Assembly (NCBI RefSeq): GCF_009914755.1
Contig: NC_060928.1
Source: the human T2T-CHM13v2.0 reference genome, Homo sapiens
Strand: one strand, 5' to 3'
DNA: 64,000 bases
The translations under genes were made by a program, and so were the position numbers. The first letter of the stretch is position 1. Each line of letters begins with the position of its first letter. This document shows, one piece after another, positions 43,732-63,565 of this stretch. Below the pieces are notes generated by a model. That model did no database searches. It was not told the DNA's origin and saw nothing but the letters and a program-made list of their open reading frames with translations.

Positions 43732-46700
43732 TTGGCCCAGCTCCTACCACCCGGCAGCCTCTCCAGGCCCAGAACTTTCTCCAGTCAGCCTCTACAGACC
43801 AAGCTCATGACTCACAATGGCCTATTTAGGCCCATACCCTACCTCACGGCAGTCTCCGCAGATGAGCCTACTGCCTCACAACAGCCTCCACAGGCACAGC
43901 TCCATCATTACAATGGCCTCTTTAGACCCAGCTCCTGCCTCCCAGCCTTCTCTCCAGGCCCTGAACTTTCTGAAGTCGACCTCACCAGGCCCAGCTCATG
44001 CTTCTTTGCAGCCTCTCCAGGCCCAGCTCCTGCATCTTGGTGGCCCCTCCAGGCCCAGCCTCTGCCTCCCGTCGGCCTCTACAGTCCCAACATCTGCCTC
44101 ATAGCAGATTCTTGAGGCCCAGCATCTGCCTCACTGTGGACCCCCCAAGCCAAGCTCCCAACCTTTCAGCAGCTTCTACACACCCAGCTCCTGCCACCCA
44201 GTGGCCTCTTTAGGCCAAGCTCATGCTTCACAAGGGCCTTTCCAGGCCCAACTTTCGTCTCATGGCAACCTTCCCTGGCCAGATTCCTGCGTGTCTCCCA
44301 GCAGCCTAGACAGGCCCAGGTCTTGCCTCACACTGGCCTCTCTACATCCAGCTCATGCCTCACGGTGACCTCTCCAGGCACAGCTCCTGTCCCAGAACGT
44401 CATCTCCGGGCCCAAAACTTACTCAAGTCAGCCTCTCTAGTCCCAACTGCTGCCTCCTGGTGGCCTATGAAGGCCCAAAATCTCCTCAAGTTGACCTCTC
44501 CCGGCCCAGCTCCTGCCTCCTGTCAGCATCTACAGGCCCAACCTCTGCCTCATGGGGGCTTCTCCGGGCCCAGCTCTTCCTATTGGCTGAGTCTACAGGC
44601 ACAACTGCTGCCTCACAACAGCCTTTTTTGGCCCAGTTCCTGTCCAGTTCATGGCGGCCAATGTAGGCCCAAAACTTCCTCAGGTCATACTCTCCAGGCC
44701 CACCTTCTGCTTCCTGGTGGCATGAACAGGCCCAGCTTTGACTTGAGAACAGCCTCTGCAGGCCCTGCTCTTGCCTCCCAGGGGCTTTTCCAAGCCCAGC
44801 TCTTGCCTCATGGCAGCTGCCCCAGGCCAAATTTCTTCCTGCCTGCCAGCAGCCTCAACAGGCACAGCTCCTCCCTCACAGTGGCCCATTTAGGCCCCAC
44901 TCATGACTGTCGGGCCATTTCCAGGCCTAGTGCCTGCCTCCTGGCTGACTCTTTCTTGAAGCCCAAAACTTCCTCAAATCAGCCTTTTGCCTAACTTCTG
45001 TCTACTGTCGGACTCTACAGGCCAGCCTCTGCCTCACAGTGGACCCTCCAGACCCAGATGGTGTCTCACTGTGGCATCCTCAGGCGAAGCTCCTGCCTTT
45101 CGGCAGCCTCTACAGGCCCAGCTCCTGCCTTGCAGTGGCCTCTTTAGGCCAAGCTCATGCCGCATGGCGACTTTTCCAGGCACAGCTTTTGCCTTTTGCA
45201 GCCTGTCCAGGCCCAGAATGTCCTTAACTCGGCATCTCCAGGACGAGCTTATCCTCCCAGTGCGTCTACAGGCCCGTCTCCTGCCTCACAACAACCTCTT
45301 TTGGCCCAACTCCTGCTGAGCTGCTGGCAGCCTCTGTAGGCCACAGACTTCTTAAAGTAAAGCTTTCCAGCCACCTTCGGCCTCCCAGCAGCCTCAGCAA
45401 TCAAACTATTCCCTCACTGCGGCCACCGAAAGCCAAGTTTCTCCCTGCCTCATGGCATCCTCCGAAAACTGAGCATTTGCCTCACGGTGGCCTCCCCAGG
45501 CCACGAATCTGCCTGCCTCCCAGGCAGGTGCTGCCTCACAATGGTCTCTTTAGGCCCAGCTCATGCTAAAAGATGGACTCTCCAGGTACAGCTCTTGCCT
45601 CCTGGCAGCCTCTGCAGGCCCAAATTCTCCAAAAGTTGGCCTCTCCTAACTCAGCTCCTGCCTCATGTCGGCCTACACAGGCCCAGACTCTTACCACACA
45701 GTAGACCCTCCAGGCCCACCACTTGCCTGATCATAGCCTCCTAAGGCCAAGCTCCTGCCTTTCAGCAGCCTCTACAGGCCCAGCTCCTGCCTCGCAATTG
45801 CCTTTGTAGGCCAAGATCATGCCGCGAAGTGGCCTTTCCTAGCCTAACTTTTGCTTTTTGACGCATACTCCAGTCCCAAAACTTCCTCCAGTCAGCCGGT
45901 CCAGGCCAAGCTCTTCCTCCCAAAGGCTTCTGCAGGCCAAAATCATCCTGAAGTCACCCTCTGCAGGCCCAGCTCCTGCCTCCAAGTGCTGTGTAGGCCA
46001 AGCTAATGCCTCACAGCACACTTTCCAGGCTGAGCGTTTCCTTTTGTGCATCCTCTCCAAGCCCTGAACTTACTCCACTTGGCCTCTCCAGACCAAGCTC
46101 TCCCTCCCAGTGGCCTCTACAGGCCAAAATTGTCCTCAGGTCTGCCTCTCCAGGGCCACCTCTTAGCTACCAGTGGCTTCTGCTGGCCAAAATCGACCTC
46201 AAGTCAGCCTCTTCACACCCAGCTCTTGCCTCTGAGTGGCCTCTCCAGGAGCAAAACTTTCTCAAGTCGGCCTCTCCAGGCCCAGCCTCCTGCTTCCCGA
46301 GGGCATGTACAGGCCCAGCCTCTGCCTCACAGCAGACTCTCCACACCCAGCTCTTCCCTGTCTGCGGCCTCTCCAGTCCAAAGCTGCTGCTGCCTTTTGG
46401 CAGCTTGTACAGGCTCAGCTCCTCCCTCACGGTGGCCTCTTTCAGCCCAACTCATGCCTCTTGCAACCTGCCCAAGTGTCAGCTCCTGTCTCACACTGGC
46501 CTGTTGAGGGCCAGCTCATGCCTCTCGTGGCCTCAACAGGCCCATCCCCTGCCTGTCGGCGGCCTCTACAGGCCCGGCCTCTACCTCACAGTGGGCTCTC
46601 CAGGCCCACCTCTTCCTCACCGTGGCCTCCTGGGGCAATGCTCCTCCCTCTCGGGAGCCTCTGCGGGCCCAGCTCCTGCCTCCCAGTGGCCTCTGTAGAC

Positions 46701-48219
46701 CAAGCCCGTGCCTCAGGGCAGCCTTTCCAGGCCTAGCGTTTGCTGCTTTGCATCCTCTCCAGGCCCTGGACTTCCTCCAGTCGGCCTCTCCAGGCCCAGC
46801 TCTTCCTCTCGGCGGCCTCTGCAGGGCCAGACTGTCGTCAAGTCGGCCTGTCCAGGGCCAGCTCCTGCCTCCCGGCGGCCTCTGCAGGCCCAAGTCGTTC
46901 TCAAGTCGGCTTCCCCAGGCCCAGCTCCGGCCTCTTGGCGGCCTCTCCGGGTGCAAAAGTTCCTCGAGTCAGCCTCTCCAGGCCCAGCTCCTCCTGCCTC
47001 CCAGTGGCCTCTTTCGGCCCAGCCCAGCTCATGCCTCCCGGCGGCCTTCCCAGGCCCCGCTTTTGACTTTCGGTGGCCTCTGCAGGCCTCGACAAGGCCC
47101 GGCCTCCTGCCTCCAGAAGGCCTGCACAGGCCCAGCCTCTGCCTCACAGCGGACTCTCCACGCCCAGCTAGCTCTCGCCTCACTGCGGCCTCCCGAGTCC
47201 AAAGCTCCTGCCTCTCGGCCGCTTCGGCAGGCCCAGCTCCCGCCTGCCAGTGGCCTCTTCAGGCCCATGGGGCTCATTCCTCACAACAGCCTTTCCAGGC
47301 CCAGTTTTTCCCTTCCGGCGGCCTCTCCGGGCCCAGAACCTCCTCAAGTCGGCCTCTCCAGACCCACTTGCAGCCTCCCGGCATCCTCTCCGGGCCCAGC
47401 TCTTCCTCCCGGCTGCGTCTCCAGGCCCGACTTTGGCCTCCCAACAACGTCTTTGGACTCAGCTCCTGCCCAGCTCCCAGCGGCCCTGGTAGGCCCACAG
47501 CTTCCCGAAGCCAAGCTCCCCAGGCCCAGCTCAGGCCTCACGGTGGCCTCTCCAGGCCAGCTCCTGCCCTCTGATGGCATCTGCAGGCCCCAAACGGCCT
47601 CCGGTTGGTGGGCTCCTCTAGGCCCAGCTTGGGCCTCCTGGCGGCCTCTGCAGGCCCAAATCGTCCTGAAGTCGGCCTCTCCAGGCCCAGCTCCGGCCTC
47701 CCGGCGGCCTCTGCAGGCCCAAGTCATCCTCAAGTCAGCCTGGAATTGGGCCTGGAAGAGAGCAAGTCGGCCTCCCCGGGCCCAGCTCCGGCCTCTTGGC
47801 GGCCTCTCCGGGTGCAAAAGTTCCTCGAGTCAGCCTCTCCAGGCCCAGCTCCTCCTGCCTCCCAGTGGCTTCTTTCAGCCCAGCCCAGCTCATGGCTCTC
47901 AGCGGCCTTCCCAGGTCCCGCTTTTGACTTTTGGCGGCCTCTTCAGGCCCAGAACTTGACCTCCAGTCGGCCTTTGCAGGCCCGGCCTCCTGCCTCTCAA
48001 AGGCCTGCACGGGCCCGGCCTCGGCCTCGGCCTCACAGCGGACTCTCCACGCCCAGCTAGCTCTCGCCTCACTGTGGCCTCCCCAGTCCAAAGCTCCTGC
48101 CTTTCGGCCACTTCAGCAGGTCCAGCTCCTGCCTGCCAGTGGCCTCTTTAGGCCCAGCTCATTCCTCACAACGGCCTTCCCAGGCCCCGTTTTTCCCTTC
48201 CGGCAGCCTCTTGGCCTCT
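43732..48219. repeat. GC-rich degenerate minisatellite of 31/32-nt units (roughly 140 units), likely terminal exon of the lncRNA
   Basis: Recurrent GGCCTCTCCAGGCCCAGCTCCTGCCTC (32-nt) and GGCCTCT(G/C)CAGGCCCAAAA..CCTCAAGT (31-nt) units; produces many repetitive Pro/Ala/Ser ORFs. Confidence 0.92.
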
Positions 48220-48332
48220 AATTTGTTTATCTTTTGTGTATAAATCCCAAAATATGGAATTTTGGAATATTTCCACCATTATATATTTTGGTAGGTAATT
48301 TATTTGGAGTGAGTTTCTGCACCATGCCAGAA

Positions 48333-52200
<3,868 letters not shown>

Positions 52201-52204
52201 CAAG

Positions 52205-53815
52205 TTTTGTTTTTTTTTGTTTGTTTTGTTTTTTGTTTTTGAAATGTAGTTTGACTCTTGTCACCCAGGCTGGAGTGCAGTGGCACGATCTCAGTGGCCT
52301 TCATACCTGGCTAATTTTTTGTATTTTTACTGGAGGTGGGGTTTTGCCATGTTGGCCAGGCTGGTCTTGACCTCCCATCCTCAGGTGATCCACCCACCTC
52401 AGCCTCCCAAAATGGGATTACAGGCATGAGCCACTGCTCCCAACTTCATTCATTTTTACTTGAAAAACTCCGTTAAGCATTTTTTTAAGGTAGACCTAGT
52501 GGTCCTGAATGCCCTCAGCTTTGTTTGTTGAGGAAACACATTATTTCTTCTTTCTTTCTGAAGGACAGCTTTGTCAGACATAGTATTAGTTGCTGGCAGT
52601 TTTTTTCTTTCAGCACTTTGAATGTATTATTCGATTCTGTCCTGACCTGCAAAGTTTCTTTAACTTTTGACTATTTGATTATATTGTGACTTGGTGAGTA
52701 TCTATTTGGTTTCAACCTCTTTAGGAATCTTTAAGCTTCATGGATTTAGATGTCTAAATCTTTCCCATGATTTAGGCAGTTTTCAGCCATTCTTTAAATA
52801 AGCTTTCTTTTCCTTTCTCTACTTTCCTTCTCAAACTCCCATAACCTGACAATGGTTTGCCTAATGGTGTCTTGTTGGCTTTCTTTTCTCTGTCTCTTTT
52901 TTTTTCTTTTTTTTTTTTTTGAGACAGAGTCGTGCTCTGTCACCCAGGCTGGAGTGCAATGTGTGGTCTCGGCTCACATTGCACTCCAACCTCCGCCTCC
53001 TGGGTTCAAGTGATTCTCCTGCCTCAGCCTCCCAAGTAGCTGGGACTACAGGTGTGTGCCACCACACCCGGCTAATTTTTGTATTTTTAGTAGAGATGGG
53101 GTTTTGTCATGTTGGCCAGGCTGGTCTTGAACTCCTGACCTCTTAATCTGCCTGCCTTGGCCTCCCAAAGTGTTGGGATTACAGGCTTGAGCCACCACGC
53201 CCAGCCTTCTTTTCTCTTTTTTATTCTTTTTTTCTTTGTCCTCTGACTGGATAATTTCAGAAGATCTATATTCAAGTTTACAGATTCTCCTGTTGAAGTT
53301 TACTATTGTGTTATATCACCCAGTCTGGTCTTGAACTCCTGGGCTCAAGCGATCCTCCCACCTTGGCCTCCCAAAGTGCTGAGTTTACGAGCATGAGCCA
53401 CTGCATCCAGTCAGTCCCAGCACTTTGGGAAGCTGAGGTGGGAGGATCACTTGAGCTCAGGAGTTTGAGACCAGCCTGGGCAACATACTGAGAACTTGTC
53501 TCTATATTAAAAAAAAAAAAAAAAGTCTTTGAGAGGCCAAAGTGGGAGGATCACCTGAGGTCAGGAGTTCGAGACCAGCCTGGCCAACATGGCAAAACCC
53601 CATCTCTACTAAAAATACAAAAATTAGCCAGGTGTGGTGGCACACGCCTGTAGTGGTGGTGCATGCCTGTAGTCCCAGCTACTCAAGAGGCTGAGGCAGG
53701 AGAATCACTTGAACTGGGAGATGGAGGTTGCAGTGAGCTGAGATCGCACCAGTGCACTCCAGCCTGGGCAACAGAGTGAGACTCCATCTTATAAAAGGAA
53801 AAAAGAAAGAAAAGA
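52205..53815. mobile_element. Alus (52205-52440-, 52895-53205-, 53310-53410-, 53415-53815+) within an old antisense L1M fragment (~52445-53305)
   Basis: Alu motifs; L1-like CCCTCAGCTTTGTTTG..TTTCTGAAGGACAGCTTTG..TTTTTTCTTTCAGCACTTTGAAT. Confidence 0.8.
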
Positions 53816-53977
53816 AAAATTCCATATCTGAGTGTTTACTCCTGAGTTTTTGAGATTGCTATTAAGATCGTGCTCTACTGTGATGATTTGGGTTTGTTTG
53901 ATAATCAGAAAAAAGCATATTCTTTTGGGTGTTCAGCCACACTGCTTTGGTGTCACAACTGCACATTGGTTTCACAG

Positions 53978-56550
<2,573 letters not shown>

Positions 56551-59500
56551 AAAATTACAATAGGACTGTTTTTATATTTGTTTATGTATTTACCTTTACC
56601 AGAGAGCTTTGTATATTCATACAGCTTGCTTATTTACTTTTATAGTTATTGCCTAGAGTTCATTTATTTCAACCTGAAGGACTTAACACTTCTTGAATGG
56701 CAAATTCAGGGATAAATGGATTTTTTTCAGTTTTAAAAAAAAATCCGGAAATGTCTTAATTTCTTCCTCATTTTTGAAGGATAAGTTTTCCAGCTATAGA
56801 TTTCTCAATTGACAGGTTTCTTCATTATTTTAAATATATAATCCACTGCCTACTGGCCTTCAAGGTTTCTGCCGAGAAATCAGCTGCTAATGTTATCTGG
56901 ATCCCTATCTGTGAGAGTTGCTCTTCTCTCTGAGTTTTCAACATTCTCCCATTATCTTTTTTGTTTGTTTTTGAGACAAATAATTGTACATATTCATGGG
57001 ATACAGAGTGATATTTTGATACATGTATACAATGTCCAATGATCAAATAAGGATAATTAGCATATCCATCACCTCAAATATTTGTCATTTATTTGTATTG
57101 TGAACAGTCAACATTCTTCTAGTTTTTTAAATTTATAAACATTTACATTTTATTACAGAAATTTAAATTTTTTGATTCTGAAAAAGTCATATATGTATGC
57201 AACATCTTTTTATCATTTATTTATATGTTTATGCATCTTTCCTTTTAGTTTTGACATTTTCTATTTTATCATTATTTCAAAAGAACTCTTACCTGTATTT
57301 ATTTATCAATTATATTTCCCTTGTTTTTTCCTAGTATATTATTTACTTATCTTCTAAAAATCCTCCATATAATCTGTTTATTTTGTTTCCTTTCTATAAT
57401 TTCTTCAATGATTAGTTCTGTTCTATTTTCCATTAAAATATTTAAATCTTGTATGAATTTTTGTCAGATTAGAAATTTAGGGCATTTCTTAATTTCTCTA
57501 TATTCTAGTTTTGACTTTTTTTTTCTGACCTAAGAGGTATTTAGAGCACATTTTAAATTTTTTATTTTGACTAATCATTTAAAATGTATACTAATCTTCA
57601 ATTTAAATAAAAAACTGGTCTATAGTGACAAAAATTACAAATGAGCCTAACTAATAAATTATCAGCTGTGTTTATATGTATAGGCATGCACAGATTTTGG
57701 TAAATATGTACATAGTATATTGGTGAGCTTATTTTTATCATTCTTAACTCATTGTGTAGTCTAAACATTGGGGAAAAAATAAAATACAATAATCAGATGG
57801 TGTGAATAAGAAAATTGTTGTACTGTTTGTAAACCAAGCAACTGTTTTAACTGCTCCCCTCTTCCTGATTGAGTTCTAAAAGGGATTAATCCATATTGGG
57901 TCCTATCATATATGTCACGGTATAACATCTCCAGCTATAAAATGGAAATTTGAGAATAACTTTGCTGCTACTCAGATACATTTTACTTCAAAAACATACA
58001 CTAAGGTGTTGCTGTTGGATCTTTCCAAAAACATATTCACACAGAACTTTCAATCACACTGAGCCATATTTGAACAATCTTTCAAGGTCAGCTCTGGCAT
58101 AAGCTAACATTATACCATTTAACTCAGAAATTTCTTTAGTATTTGATTAATGGGTTTATGTTTGATATGTAATGTAATTTTCTAATGCTAAATCAAGTGG
58201 TAATTTTGTTAGTCAAGTTGATTTAGTGGCTTGGGAAGAAAGCTTTTAATGTTCCCCTAATTTTTCTTAACTTTGACATGATCCTTCACATGTCTTATTT
58301 TGCTTAGTGATTTTTCTTTTTTTTTTTTTTTTGAGACAGGGTCTTACTCTACCACCCAGGCTTGAGTGCAGTGGTGCGATCACAGCTCATTGCAGCCTTG
58401 ACCTCCCAGACTCAAGCTATTCTTCCACCTCAGCCTCCCAAGTAGCTGGTACTACAGGCACATGCCACCAAACTTGGCTAATTTTTGTATTTTTTGTAGA
58501 GACAGAGTTTTGCCAAATTCTCAGGCTAGTCTGGAATTTCTGGGCTCAAGTAATCCTGCCTTGGCCTCCCAACATGCTGATATTACAGACATAAGCCACA
58601 GTACCTGGCCAGTTTTCTTTTTTAAAAAATCTATTGGTTATTAATTTGAAGCCTTCCTTTTCATAGCTGTGCTCCTTAATTGGGAGCAAACATGAATGGA
58701 CCACAACTTAGCCAATTTTCTATATACGATCTTTGCCATCCTAATTTAAAGGAATATTAATTCTTTCTTTTCCTCTTTCATTCCACAAACCTGTATTGAC
58801 TACACCTAAGTTCTAAATGGTGCACTGGATGTTGAAAAAGTTGATGATGAGCAAGAACAAAATTCCTCCTTTCAGGAGACTTACAATTCAATATGGGAAA
58901 TATAATTTGTTAAAATATAAAAGTGCAATTGTGTTACATGCTGTACGAAGTACATGTTGACATGTGAGCATATAATAAATGGGCTGGAGGCCAGAGGATT
59001 GCCAAAGAGAATGGGCCTCCTGCTGAGACGAAAAGTTGAGCAGGGATTAGTTGGCGAAAGTGGAGGGACGATCCTTTCTAGGCAGGAGGAAGAACATGTA
59101 CAGAATCTCTGAGGTGTGATGCAACAAAGTCTATATAAAAAACTGAAGAAAGGTCTAATGTGGCTTAAATACAGAAGCTAGTAGGAGAGGAGTTGAAAAG
59201 AGGCTGGAGAAGTAGAAAGTGTCTGCATTCTGCAGGAACTTATATTGTATAAAAAGAATTTCTCTTTATTCTAAGTGCAATGTGAAGCCAATGAAGTGCT
59301 TTAAACAGGTGATGTGATTTGATTGAATTTATTACTTCACTTAACAAATACTCATTACATGCCCACTGTTTGTCAGAGATTGCTGTAGCCCCTGGTGATA
59401 CAGTAGGGAATAAAACAGGCAAAAATCCCTGTCCTCTTGCAGCTTATAATGGACTGCAATGTTTAATATGTCAGAGGAGTTCCACGGAGGAGTGACTTCT

Positions 59501-59685
59501 AAGCAAGAATCTGAAAAAAATGAGGATATCTAAGGAGGGAACAAATGGTTCAAAAGCCCTATAATTGCAAGCAGGCATGATGAAGCAATTGTAGTTGTCG
59601 TGACTCTCAACACCGTGGAACTCAAAGGAGATGGAAAGATTCTTTCTCTCCCTCATATATTTTCTCTCTTTCTGTCTATATATAT

Positions 59686-59808
59686 AGAATATGAGACATT
59701 TCCCTAATCATTATGTGTAATTACAATTACATATATATATGTATGTAATATATAAACATATATGTAATTGTAATTACACATAATGATTAGGGAAATGTCT
59801 CATATTCT
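59686..59808. repeat. Perfect 51-bp inverted repeat with a 21-nt AT-rich spacer
   Basis: 59686-59736 is the exact reverse complement of 59758-59808 (checked base by base). Confidence 0.97.
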
Positions 59809-61602
59809 TCTCAGAAATAAGCAATATAGCAATTACTGTTTTTTACATTTTACAGTTACAGTTTCAGAGAAAGTTTGATATTTATCTAAAATTTTTCAAT
59901 GTATGAACTTTTTCATTTGACAAACCATAATTGTACATATTCTTGGGATACAGAGTGATATTTCTTTACATGTATAGAATGTGTAGTGATCAAATCAGGG
60001 TAATTTCCACTAATTTAAAATGCCACCTTTGTTATTGTAATTTATGTATATACTATATATATATACACACACACATATATATACATGTCCACATACAGTG
60101 TGTGTGTGCACATGTACACACATGCATATGTGTATATAATGCCCAGTATAAGCAATGTGCACAAATAAAATTAGCTAACAGAGATAGTATAGAGTGAGAG
60201 GAGAGGTAGATTAATCTTTGAGGAAAAGCACAATTTTATGGCTGAATGGAGAAAGCTGAGGTGGTTTCTAAGATGGAGAATAAGACGAAAAAAGTAAGTA
60301 CGTTGTTTGAATTCAAGAAAGAAGGGTAAAAGAGAAGAAAGTAGTGGTCTTATCATTAAATGCCACAGAGAGGTAAAGATAAAAACAACATATTGTTTTG
60401 GGTTTAGTAATTTAAGGGTTACCAAATTCCGTTTTGGAGGAGGAACAGATTCCATGTCCACTAGAATGGAATGAACAAGAAATGGAGGAGGAAAATAGGT
60501 AGTTTTTCAAAAGTTTTCAAAAATATGAAAAGAAGAAATGAAATGGTACTTGGAAGAGATTGTTGAAATGGGAGAGACTATGGTGGCTTGTTTAGAAGCA
60601 GTTGAGATAGATCCAATTGAGATAGAGATATTGACTATATAAACAAAAGAATGACAAATTAATAGTGTAATGGATAATTTGACTTTGGCAAATATTGTGA
60701 ATTTTTGTGAAAGTACAACTAAAAGGCAATGTCACTCCAATAATCACCAGAGTAATCAATTTGCTTATTGCTGTCCCTTTAAATATAGTTCTCTGGTATC
60801 AACTAACATGTTTTTAACTAATGATGCTTCTTAAAGAAAAGGGAAAAGACCTTTTTCTTTCTTTCAGTCTTCAATGATTCACTGCTTCATCTCGCTCCAC
60901 CAAAGATAAATGAAATCTACATCTCTTATACATTAACAATGCATGACAATTTATAAATAGCTAAATTTTTGGAGCTAACTTTAAGTACCTGAATGGAATT
61001 TAATCAACCCACTAATCTCCTCACTTCTCAGTTATTTATCAAGTTTATGTCAAGGGACAAGGAAAAATTATCCAAACATTGTTTAAAACAATCATCATTA
61101 ATTAGTAACACTTATCCAGGGGGGGTTTTAACCTTTCCCCCACTCAAGGATTATTCTAATGTCAGAGTAGAATAAAAAATAAGTGCAGCGATGCTGACTC
61201 TTCCAAGCTTAACATTTCTCACAAGTCAATTAGCTTTGTACTGGGAGGAGGGCGTGAAGGGCTGCTTGCGGTAGTTGTGTAGCAGCAGCACAATGGCCGC
61301 AGACAAGGAAAACAGTTTCTAGGAATTCCTCGTATATAATTTTATATTTTTGACAAGATTAATGACCCATGCTCCCTTCCTCTCCATTTCTTTTTTTGGA
61401 ATTCTGTGTTGGTATGCAGTTACTATATTTTATTAAAGGAAATTAGCCTTATCTCATATTTTATTAAAGAAAATTATTATATTATTCCTTTATATTTTTA
61501 TTAAAGGAATTTATTATTATTATTATTAAAGGAAATTAGCTTTATCTCTTATTATATTTTTTATGACCTTCAAAGTAGTGTCTCTGCTTAAAAGTGTACC
61601 CT

Positions 61603-61912
<310 letters not shown>

Positions 61913-62026
61913 TCAAGCGACATGTAGAGTTCATAAATTCTGGCCAAATGGTCATACCTCAAACCTAATCAGCACTAAGGCTCTTTACTTGCACTGACAA
62001 ATATGAACGCTGGGGAATTTGGAAAT

Positions 62027-62165
62027 GATATATAATATATAATAATATATATAATAGATATATAATATATAATATATATAAAATAGATATATAATATATA
62101 TAATAGATATATAATATATATAATAGATATATAATATATATAATAGATATATAATATATAATAAT
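62027..62165. repeat. AT-rich 20-bp tandem repeat (ATATAATATATATAATAGAT)n
   Basis: Direct reading, about 6-7 imperfect units. Confidence 0.9.
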
Positions 62166-63184
62166 TTTCCATGTGATTTTCCTCTTAATTTTTTTTCTAG
62201 CTGATCCATATGAATTCCTCTTATTAAGAAAAATAAAGCATCCAGGATTCAATGAAGAACTATCACCTTGTTAATCATTCAGAAACATGTTGCAGACTTA
62301 AGCCATTTTTGATATAGATACTGAAACAATTACTTGCTAAGAGCAAACTTGAAGGTATGGATAAGGCCCTGAGTCATCTTCCTGAGCTGAATGATAGTTA
62401 AGCTGAATGTACGTATAAAATATGATTTTCTAACCACTTACTCGCCAACAAGGAAAACTTTTAAGTAGAGCAGAACCTGAATAGACAAGACATTTCTTTC
62501 TTTTGGTAGAAAATGATTTACCATCACTGTCTAGTTAATTGTAGACTAGGTAATTTTAACTTTGTGATTTATTGCCGGAGACATTTTCTTCTGTACTGTA
62601 AAGTGTGTGTCAAAAAAAAAAATAGCGATTTTGGAGGATTAGGGGACTTTGATAAATTGCCTGCAATTCTGGCAGTATGAACTGCATATTAATTTTCTCT
62701 TTCAAGAACATTTTTATTTATTAATTCCTTACAAAAACTCCCTAAACTTTGGAACAGCTCTCAATTGCCTGTATTCTTTTTTTTCTTATTATGGTACTCT
62801 TCTAGAGATTTGGCTTGCATCTATGAATAAGCCAGGACATCTTCAGAAATTGTCTGATTAAAAACACCACCAATGGAATTTCATTAAATTTGTATTGCTC
62901 TGACTAATGAAACACACACATCTATGTTGCTTAGGATATTTTACTGCAGTTTGAGTTGTAATAATAGCTCTGTTTAAGATCCATCAGTCACTTGAATCTT
63001 CTCTAAGGCTTTGTATGTTAGAAGTTAATTTGCTTTCTTACAAGGCCACATTCTATCTTGTAACTAAACAACTGAATTTTATGTCTTAGCGTAGATGGTT
63101 TATTACTTTCTGGTTTTTCTTTAGTAAGAATCCTATAAAAACACTAGTATTTTTCTCTGAGTTTAAAATTCAACACATGCCTAC

Positions 63185-63565
63185 TGATATGGTTAGGCTT
63201 TGTATCCCCACCTGAATCTCATCTTGAATTGTAATCCCCATAGCCCCCATAATCCCCACATGTTAAGGGAGAGACCAGGTGGAGGTAATTGAATCATGGG
63301 GGCAGTTTCCCCTGTGCTGTTCTTGTGACAGTGAGTTCTCACGAGATTTGATGGTTTTATAAGGGATTCTTTCCCCTTTGCTTGGCACTTCTTCGTGCTG
63401 CCTTGCGAAGATGCTGCCTTGCTTCCCCTTTGTCTTCCGCCATGATTGTAGATTTCCTGAGGCCTCCCAAGCTGTACTGAACTGTGAGCCAATTAAACTT
63501 CTTTCCTTTATAAATTACCCAGTCTTGGGCAGTTCTTTATAGCAGTATGAAAACAGACAAATACA
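63185..63565 (+). mobile_element. THE1 (C/D-like) MaLR solo LTR with 5-bp TSD CCTAC
   Basis: TGATATGGTTAGGCTTTGT..CAAATACA; CCTAC at 63180-63184 and 63566-63570. Confidence 0.92.

Noticed and set aside
46622-47959. 445-aa ORF as a bona fide protein-coding gene
   Set aside because: GTG start, lies wholly in a stop-poor GC minisatellite, overlapping ORFs in several frames and strands, no recognisable domain; kept only as a hypothesis in findings.
43732-48219. CRISPR-like array or SVA VNTR
   Set aside because: Eukaryotic DNA; contiguous degenerate units without unique spacers; no SVA hexamer, Alu-like or SINE-R parts.
53870-53977. N-terminal part of the 96-aa ORF as SEPT14 coding sequence
   Set aside because: Intronic sequence upstream of the acceptor at 53977, with a GTG start.
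61965-62252. Ile/Tyr-rich minus-strand ORFs
   Set aside because: Translation of an AT-rich tandem repeat.
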